A DNA stretch of 64,000 nucleotides from a virus. Positions within the stretch are counted from its first letter, which is position 1, and the number at the start of each line of letters is the position of its first letter. Made by a program: the position numbers and the translations under genes. The notes under the pieces are model-generated. The model made no database searches. It was not told where the DNA came from and saw nothing but the letters and a program-made list of their open reading frames with translations. Of the stretch, positions 38,681-47,400 are shown one piece after another. The stretch is from positions 64,001 to 128,000 of the IMG/VR virus record IMGVR_UViG_3300027668_002455, one strand, 5' to 3'.

Positions 38681-38686
38681 TTGTAT

Positions 38687-39421
38687 ATGGTAGCTAAGAA
38701 AAAATCAAAGTGTACTCCTCCGAAACTTATTACACGCAATGAGTATGGCTTAATTGAAGACGTTGATTACATTTTCAATGAGGATGGTTTTATCGATTGG
38801 CGCTCGATGCTAAAAGACAAATGGCTTTATCCCAATCCAAGCAAAAAACTTAATACAAGTGAAGTTTCTAAGCTTCAAGACCGTGACCTTTGCATCCTTT
38901 TAGGCGGCATAAAAGAACTTGCCCAGATTCGTGGCTTCACGAATGTAAGATATTCCCTCCATAGCCCCTCCTCGGATTATGTGGTTGCTTCTTGTGAAAT
39001 AACTTGGATTCCAAATTATGAGACCGAAGGTAGCGACGTCGTATTTACATCCGTAGGAGATGCTGGACCACATAATACTCACGGCTTTGGTCAGAGTTTC
39101 CTTGGGCCTATCGCGGAGAACAGAGCTTTTGTTCGCTGCGTTCGTAACTTTCTAAAAATTAATGTTGTCGCCCAAGACGAGATTGCAGTTAATCCAACGG
39201 CCCCACAAAGAGCCCAAGCGGAGACTACAACTATAGACATTTCTGATCCAAAAGCCCTTCTGTCTAAGCTTATGGGTGAAAAAAATATCAATTTCACCCA
39301 AATAAAAACAAAACTAGAAAAAGAAGATTACCCTAACGCAGAAGACTTTTCCTCAGTAAGTGATATTCCCAATATCAAGATATTTGAATTATTAGATAGA
39401 ATCCAAAAAATTAAGATTTAG
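38687..39421 (+). CDS. Rad52/Sak-like ssDNA annealing protein (putative)
   Basis: L.GIKELA..RG, GDA, IAENRAFVRCVR..L.I..V..DEI pattern. Confidence 0.55.
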   Translation: MVAKKKSKCTPPKLITRNEYGLIEDVDYIFNEDGFIDWRSMLKDKWLYPNPSKKLNTSEVSKLQDRDLCILLGGIKELAQIRGFTNVRYSLHSPSSDYVVASCEITWIPNYETEGSDVVFTSVGDAGPHNTHGFGQSFLGPIAENRAFVRCVRNFLKINVVAQDEIAVNPTAPQRAQAETTTIDISDPKALLSKLMGEKNINFTQIKTKLEKEDYPNAEDFSSVSDIPNIKIFELLDRIQKIKI

Positions 39422-39746
39422 GAAAGTCTTCCTTTGTCTTCATTATAAAATCATTTAATTCATTTAATTTTTCTGGCCTACCCATAGCATTTTCGGTGAT
39501 GGCTTCGAACTGCTTTGTGATGGGCCAGTGCTCAATAATCTGTGACTGTCTCATGTCCACCGCGCGCTCATCGGCTATTTCAGTTTGAACCCCTCCGTCT
39601 TCGCTGTGTGCTATAAGCTCTTCGTAAGATGGTTTGGGGATACTGTTTTCTGGAGACCACTCCAAAGTACCATAGTCATTATTTTTTATAGACCATTGAT
39701 ATTCGCTATATTTATGTGCTAGGATGTCTTCTATATCGGGATTCAT
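39411..39746 (-). CDS. Tail fibre assembly/chaperone-like small protein
   Basis: LEW....IPKPS.EEL and K..FPK motifs; immediately after the fibre gene. Confidence 0.55.
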   Translation of the reverse strand: MNPDIEDILAHKYSEYQWSIKNNDYGTLEWSPENSIPKPSYEELIAHSEDGGVQTEIADERAVDMRQSQIIEHWPITKQFEAITENAMGRPEKLNELNDFIMKTKEDFPKS

Positions 39747-39747
39747 T

Positions 39748-41475
39748 TTACCACCTTGATCCTGTTGGGTGAGGTTTAATTTCTGATATCAGAAACGATG
39801 AAACAGCCGCATCACCTAGGTAGCCCGATGCGTAAGGATATATATCTGGCCATGACTGCATTCTATTTATATATAAAATTGGACTATAACCCCGCGTCTT
39901 TCTTCGCCCTACCCTTATTTTATAAGTGTGAAGGTCCGTGTCTTCAGCCCTATGAAAGTACTTCATATTAAAAACGTCCGAAGCATTATTAGTAAAAATG
40001 GTTTGGTTCCACGCCCTTATCGGGTTTGCCTCGCTATCTCTAAAAATAGATACAGTAGCATTGCAAATTTCTTTAGCACTTAAATTAAGTTCGGTATCTA
40101 GTATTAAATAATTTCCAATTTCCTGTGCCGTATAATTTATATTAAAAATTTCCAACCCGTCACTTTGAGTAGGATTGGGTGGGACAATTTCTGAAGTTAA
40201 ATATCTATCGGTAAAATTAATACCAGAAATATTTAAACTTTTCATGGTCATTGCGCCTGACACACTCCCAGTTATTCTTAGATCAGAAACAAATATACCA
40301 TCACCTGTAGCCGTAAGAAGCCCAAACACTTCAAGACCAGAAATATTAACTTGTCCCGAAAAAGTTTTTAAGCCAGAAATGACTTGATCTCCGGTAGTCA
40401 TAACTACCTGAGTAGGATCTACATTAATAACCTGCTTTGAGTCGCCACTCCAAATAAACTCATTTAACCCAACACCACCTGTAATATACCCACTTACAGA
40501 ATTCGCTGCGCCGCTTTTTATATTGGAACCCGCGAAACCAAAAGATACCTTATCAGGGGTAATCCCATTGTTCATAACAGTAAACACAGCTAAATCATCC
40601 CCGCTTACGCCCGTGAATCCAATTGTGTCATCATCTACGGCAACACCTAAATTTATTGTTTCCCCTAAAAATATGCGTCCACTTTGCATATTGTAACCGG
40701 CTAGAACGTGATCTCCTGAAACAGTATGAAATTTACCAGTTAAGCCGACAGAGGCGTTGAAATCAACGAATCCAGCACCAGTATGCATAAATATGCCCGT
40801 ATCTACATTAACAGCGTCTTCTGTTATATGAACCCCTGTTCCCTCACCGACATCGAATCTTCTACTAAGAGTTACATCACCACCGCCTAGTAACCCAGAC
40901 CCCGCTATCATTAAAACACCACCGGGGTTATACTGACCAGTGGTTCCGGTGGGGTCAATTTGACGCTGAAAGACATTTCCATTTCCGTCAACAGCCAAGA
41001 AGCCAGTCAGGATATTATTGACGGGGGGATTTAAATATACTAATCCCGCGTGACTTAGTGCTGGGGTTGCGCCCTGAATAGATCCTGAAATACCTAGGTC
41101 GCCAGTAATAGTTAAATTTCCTGTAATTACAACCTCTTCACAGTTGTGAATGCACGGGGCGCTTGAAACCACCTCAAAAGGATAATAAGTTCCCGTACTG
41201 CGCGTATTCATGACCTCGAGAGTCATAAATGCTTCGGGGCTAATATCCGGAAGAGTGCCCGTTACCACACAATAGCCACCATTATGCCCAAACCCTGTAA
41301 CAAATGGAATATTATAAGAGCATCCGCCACAAGTGTCAGACGCTCTGACCCCTGTGGCCGAACACACTCCAGATCCCGTAACCAAAAATTTTCCCCCCGT
41401 GGGGACAATGGTCGGGCTTATTCCTGATACAAAAATATCAGGCTCGTACGTAAAATGAAAACCACCATGTGCCAT
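39748..41475 (-). CDS. Tail fibre-like structural protein, (S/T)G-rich
   Basis: N-terminal IPT-like module, AGSGLLGGG and TTGDQVISGLKTF fibre repeats, C-terminal fibre-tip-like domain. Confidence 0.7.
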   Translation of the reverse strand: MAHGGFHFTYEPDIFVSGISPTIVPTGGKFLVTGSGVCSATGVRASDTCGGCSYNIPFVTGFGHNGGYCVVTGTLPDISPEAFMTLEVMNTRSTGTYYPFEVVSSAPCIHNCEEVVITGNLTITGDLGISGSIQGATPALSHAGLVYLNPPVNNILTGFLAVDGNGNVFQRQIDPTGTTGQYNPGGVLMIAGSGLLGGGDVTLSRRFDVGEGTGVHITEDAVNVDTGIFMHTGAGFVDFNASVGLTGKFHTVSGDHVLAGYNMQSGRIFLGETINLGVAVDDDTIGFTGVSGDDLAVFTVMNNGITPDKVSFGFAGSNIKSGAANSVSGYITGGVGLNEFIWSGDSKQVINVDPTQVVMTTGDQVISGLKTFSGQVNISGLEVFGLLTATGDGIFVSDLRITGSVSGAMTMKSLNISGINFTDRYLTSEIVPPNPTQSDGLEIFNINYTAQEIGNYLILDTELNLSAKEICNATVSIFRDSEANPIRAWNQTIFTNNASDVFNMKYFHRAEDTDLHTYKIRVGRRKTRGYSPILYINRMQSWPDIYPYASGYLGDAAVSSFLISEIKPHPTGSRW

Positions 41476-41476
41476 A

Positions 41477-44400
41477 TTAAGAAGCCCCCGTTATACAAAT
41501 ACCTGAATCATACATTAATTCTATGCTTACTGACCCAAAATTTCTAAGTTCTTCACAAGGATAAATTTTAAAAAGCTGAACTTGGCTTCCCACGTCGATA
41601 TATCCTCCATCACCTGTGTAAACGCTGTTAAAGTGCCAGCCGGTTATAGTTTCAGTCGTTTGAGTCATGGCATTGGGGTCATGACTAGGTATCACAGTTG
41701 TTTGGGGAATAAATACGCCGCTATCCATATGACACTCGGCACTTGCATCGGAGTCAGCAATAAATTTAATCCCTGTAACATTGAGTGCATTTCGACCACT
41801 AATATGTAACTGCACACCCCCGTCGCCTCGAGTTGGGGTAACCCCTATCATAACTGGAATTCTACCCGATATTGTAGTTTGGTCTCCTGTAATTTTACTT
41901 ACATTTTGAAGAGCATACGTTTCGCGAAGCTGGATGAAATCCTGTCTTAATAAATCTATATCCACACCAGACTCACTATTGTAGTCGTCAAAGGTATATC
42001 CCAATTCATTATTAAATATTTCATGACGTGAAATTAAGAACGGATTACCGGTGCCTACCACCTGATCATTAAACGTTCCTGTGATAACTGTATATCCAGT
42101 CACATAACCTGCGCTTGCGTCAATGTGAGTTTTATCAAGTTCAAATTTACCAAAGTAAAAATACTTACTATAATTACCACTATTGTGTCTATCTATACCT
42201 ATTTCACTTATGGGCGGATAGGTATTATTTCTCATTGCGTGTGAATCACCAGTGTTCGCTACAAATTCTACCACTCCGTCTCCCGCAGTATAAGGTTGTA
42301 AACTATTCCCCGTAAACCCTAATAATGGAACTAGGTGAGAGGCATTAATTCCAGTTATCCTAAATTGACAGCCAACTTGAGTTTTAACAGTTTCAATACC
42401 AGAAATTGTTGGCATGGGGGTAAATTCCATTGGGGCTTTTATGGGTTGATCTGTATCATTCCATCCACTTATAATTGGTTTTCCCTTTACTAATTCATGA
42501 GGAACCTTTGCCTCAATACCTGTATTATCTATGTAAGTTATATCCATTCCTGATACGTAACGGGTTTGAACATAAGAACTACTCGATATGTCTTCACCTT
42601 GGTAAGCGGGGAACAGAACTATATCAACATCTGGTTCAAAGTTATTACCGGAGAAACTTACGGTTTCACCATAAACTCCAGTAAGAGGAATAAAGCTTCG
42701 AATACCACTAGTCAATATATTCAAGAGCCCTGTTGACATTTGCATTCCTGTTTGAGAAAATAACTGGATAGGGGTATAGGGTGCGCCGCTACTAGGAATA
42801 GAAAAGTTTATTCCCGTTGTGCCTACCCCTGTAAATGGAAGCAGCACCCTATCCTCAGAAAATCCTGAAAGATATAATTTTTGTGCAAGATCTAAAGATT
42901 GGCCATAAACCGAAACCACTTCGTTTGGATACCCAGAAATAGGTGTAAAACGAATGATCTTCATTTGTGGGGCTTCAATTTCAAAAGTACACCCCGTAAC
43001 TGGTGCAAAACCAGTTCCCACGATTGTAATGGGTCCGCTTACTGATTCTGCAGGGACAGTCACGTGTAGTGAAGTTTGATCAGACCTGAACCAGTCTTCT
43101 GCTGGGGTTCTATTGTCACCTACTAATACTCCAGTTATATCGAAGAAATACAACCCCTCTACAGTTAGGCTGTCTCCCCATGCTAATATCTTGCCTCCAG
43201 TGGGACAGCAATGAGAGTCAAAGAAGTAATGGGCATAATGAGGACCGTCTGCATGACACACAAGTTCATTTCGATGATGACAGGATACGAACGGGCGCGG
43301 TGCAACAAATACGCCGGTATATTTTGCATATCCAGTTTCTAGATTGAAACCATCCATTAGACCCTCATAACCAATAGCATCAAGTGAACCACCACCCAGA
43401 GTTAAGGGGCCGCTTTGAATATCAAGGCCGCTCCCGAGAGTAACACCAGCTATCCCTGTCGAGACATACGCTGACGTGCTATACTCTAGAGCTATACCAC
43501 TATAATTAATCATCCCCGCAAAATATCCATTAACATAAGCTTTGACATCTCTATCCTGCCTTGTGAAAGCTACGTGATTCCAATCGCCAGAGTTCCAATA
43601 CCCAAAATATGACCCTGAACTTTGAGTAGAGTTAGTTGTAAAGGCAAATAGTCTATCAGTGGGAATGCCGGGACTAAACTCACCACTACTCCCAGTGGTA
43701 TAATCTGGCCTTAGTCCGGTTATTCTACCCCCGTTAAAAAGATCTATACCAAGTGCTTGTTCGCCGTCGCCGCCTGAAAGGAAGAAGTTAAAGCCACTAC
43801 CTGTTGTTCCGAAGCTTAAAAGAGTTTGTCGTTTAATTCCGTTATCAACTGGGGCTCCGGTTAGAGTGGTAGAATAGGCCGTGCCGCTCGGTTTAATCCA
43901 CATCTCTGCGGTAAAGTCTTCAACTCCCAATGTTATATTTTGAGCAACAAGGGTATTTGCGCGGTTATAAGTCCTACTGCCAGTAGGAAATCTTAGGGCG
44001 TAAGTTCCAAACTTTCCTTCTCCAGTAGCAAATTCAATATTATTTGCAGGAGAACTCACCGAAGTAGTTGTAAACACGCGGGCGTATTGACTATCTCCCG
44101 TTATACCGTCAGCAATTATATTGCTCGGATCGCTCGGGATTTCAAAATTTAACATGGCATCCGTATAAACACCGCTGGTGATGGCACTTGCCGGCTTTGT
44201 GTATTTCCCATTATAGGGGGAAAATACTGCTCTTTTTGTTACATTGATTTCATCAATATACACTCTTTCACCAAGATCACTATTTAGCCAACCACTGTCG
44301 TAAGTTCCCGTTTTGGGAAGACTAGTATACTTTGATCCGCTTGAAATTATAAATTGGTCAACCTGCCCATGATAACTAACCAGTGGGCACTCCTTGAAGA

Positions 44401-47400
44401 TCAGTTGTTTAATAAACACTTCGTTGCCGTAGCCGGGGTTCATGTGGGACCCACCGAAACCCCCAGCTATCTTATCTATCGACGCGGCCACTTCACCGAT
44501 ATCAGGTTGCCCGTGCACCGTATTTCCCCACTGCGGACAGTAAAAATTAATCTTATCACCCTTGGTGACCCCTGTAATTATAGATGTTATAATTTGTTCT
44601 ACAAAACACGCGTTGGTGCCGTAAGCGGACCTGTTTTTTTCATCTACTCTGTGTGAAAAATTAGGAATTCCATAATCTGCCTCTGTTCCCAGTGCTCCGT
44701 GCTTATAGGTGTGGTGCGCGGCACCAGCGGCGCGGTTCATCCGAAAGCCGATTGGGAAGCTCTGTGCGTTTTCATATGTTCCCGTGGTGCCAGTTGAGCC
44801 ATATCTATTATAGATCCAGTTGGTGGTAATATTTGAGACCTGCCCTATCCACGGATACACGGGCTGCCTCTGATGTGTGGTGTGCATCTGATTGCCGCCC
44901 CATCTTGCGACTACCGTCGCCTGACACTCAACTGCAGCACCCTCTTGGACGGTGTACTCGTAACCTCCCGAGGTTGTGTCCATAAAACTGTTAGAAAAAC
45001 TGGAGGTGATGTTCTCCCGCTCCGGGGATAAAAAGTTTATATCAACCAGACCACTTGTAGTGGAATATCTTGGGAAGAACTTACAAGGCTGTGACTCCCA
45101 CAAGAGCCCTGTGTCATCTACTTTATGATAAGATAGGTGGCCCGAGACACCGCCCCCTAAAAACACCTGTTGACCCGTTGCGTCTATCACTGGCATACCA
45201 GTGTAAATATTCCTAGTGTTATGGTTTGCAGCAAAATCTTCAGTTTGCAAAGCACCTGCTGGCTCCCCATTAATATAAGTAAAGAAGTCAGTATTTTCGC
45301 GACACAGTGCAACGTGGTTCCATTCCCCCTTTTTAAAATGAACATCGTTATAAGGCGGTATTAAGTCAAACGAAAGATTCGGATTTTCGTAATCAAAACA
45401 CAGCCTAAATCTATTAGTATAATTATTTAATATAAAAGCTAAGCCATTTCCAGTAGCAAAATTATTATTACTCTGACCAAGTACCCATAGTGTTTGCATG
45501 CCGTTGCCCCCAACTCCGAGACCTTGAGTCGCGCCACTTGGCTTCATCCAGCACTCTACAGTGAAATCACCAGTTCCATAATTAAAATTACTTCCCGTGG
45601 TTTGTATATAGTCTATACCTGTTACCAGTAGACTTTGGGAACCACATTTTGGATTATCATTTACAAAAAGTGGAAAACCACCAGTGGTTATTGTTTGAGA
45701 GTATTTACCGCTATCTACAAAATTACCTTCTAATCCAAGTTGTAAATCAGTTCTAATGAGTCTGCCGGGAACATCTGGGGAGCCAGTAATGCTCGGAGAA
45801 AAACACTGATTATATCCAGTATTAAATGAATCAAAGTTTCCTGTGCAAAGACCACCGAAATAAAATTTTGTTCTTCCTTGTGGAAGATGCGGATCAATAA
45901 GCCCTGTTGGAATTATGTCTCCATATCTACAGCCATTATAATGAAAGCTATAACCCGTTACATCTTTAACGACAGCACAGTGATTGTATCCGCTTTGTGG
46001 AAACCACCCTGTCCATAAGTATTTACTTTCCAACTGTATGCCTGAGAGATTTACGTATGGCTTAATAGTGTTAGTAATTCCTGCAGTGCCGCTTTCACGG
46101 GTATACCCAACGTGGAAAAATGAATTTCCACTTACCCCCGTGTATTCACCGCTAAACCCAAAGAGTGCAATATCTTTACTGTGGTAAGGGTTGTGTTCTA
46201 AACCCGTGTGATCAATTGCAGGATTTATCCAAAACTCTACAGACCACGAATCTTCCTTGCTTAGATCTAACCCCGATGAAGCCTCGGTTTGTAAATAGCC
46301 GCCTCGGAACCTAAGGCTCCCACTACTATTTACTTCAAAGTTTTGTTCTCCACCTGTAGGGAAAAATGCTCCCGTAGCTTCGGATTCAATCCCAGAAAAA
46401 CCATAAAAAATAGCATTTAAAGCAGTTTGCGGATTCCAAATATTATGAGGAACCTCTGTAAATTCATAGACTACACCGCTCGAAACAATGTTTTGATCAT
46501 ACAGAGTATATCCGGTAGAGCCAGTATATAAAGCATGCCCATAACACTGATTAGCGTCACAAGATGTTAGTTCTGGGTCTGGCAATATATAAAAACCACT
46601 TATGCCCTGTTCCGTTGTAACCCCACTAAACGTTTGCACCGGAGGTTGGTCACACCCATCAGGGAAACTGGCGTGTCCTTCGATACAATGGTTTGGAACA
46701 CCGCATGTTCCCTCTTCGGGGGGAAGAAATATTGGGCCCCTCGGCGCGGGCGGCTGGCCCGGTTTCGGCGATCCTTGCGTCCCGATTGGTTGGCCATTCC
46801 ACGGGCCATTTACGGGGGGAAGTAAAATTGGCCCAGTCTTAGGATACCCAAATGATGTGACAGAGGGTATCCTCACGGTTATAAAAGGCGGCGAGGAGGG
46901 GTTTAGGCCGGGGTTTCCAAGGCCCACGGGGAGTTGCTGTTGATAAGACTCTGGCGGCCAGCACAACGGAAACTGTACGGGTGCACTAATTACTCCAGTT
47001 CCATTAGATCCACCAACCGTTGTAGTTGTAAAGGGGTTTTGTGCGGTTGAACAGGACACTATTCTACCGCCCATCAAGATCCGACCTCCAACTGTGGGGT
47101 CCTGTGTAAGCCCCTCTGGACCCGCTGAACCCACACGTGGAACAGTCATTGATTCGCCGGGTCTAAAAAGTACACTCCCTAGACTCCGTGAACCACCCCG
47201 AGAAACGCCCTCTGCACTCACCGTGCTGCCGGGGTTTTGGGGCTCTGGCTGGTTATTTCTTGGTAGTGGTGGCTGCAGTCCCGGCGACTCATGAGTACCC
47301 GGAAAATTAGGGTCAATTGTCTGAATCGCAGGACCACCTCCCGGTGGGGGGTAACTAGAATGAGTGCCCGGTCTGCTACCACCGCAGTTGGAAGTGTTGC

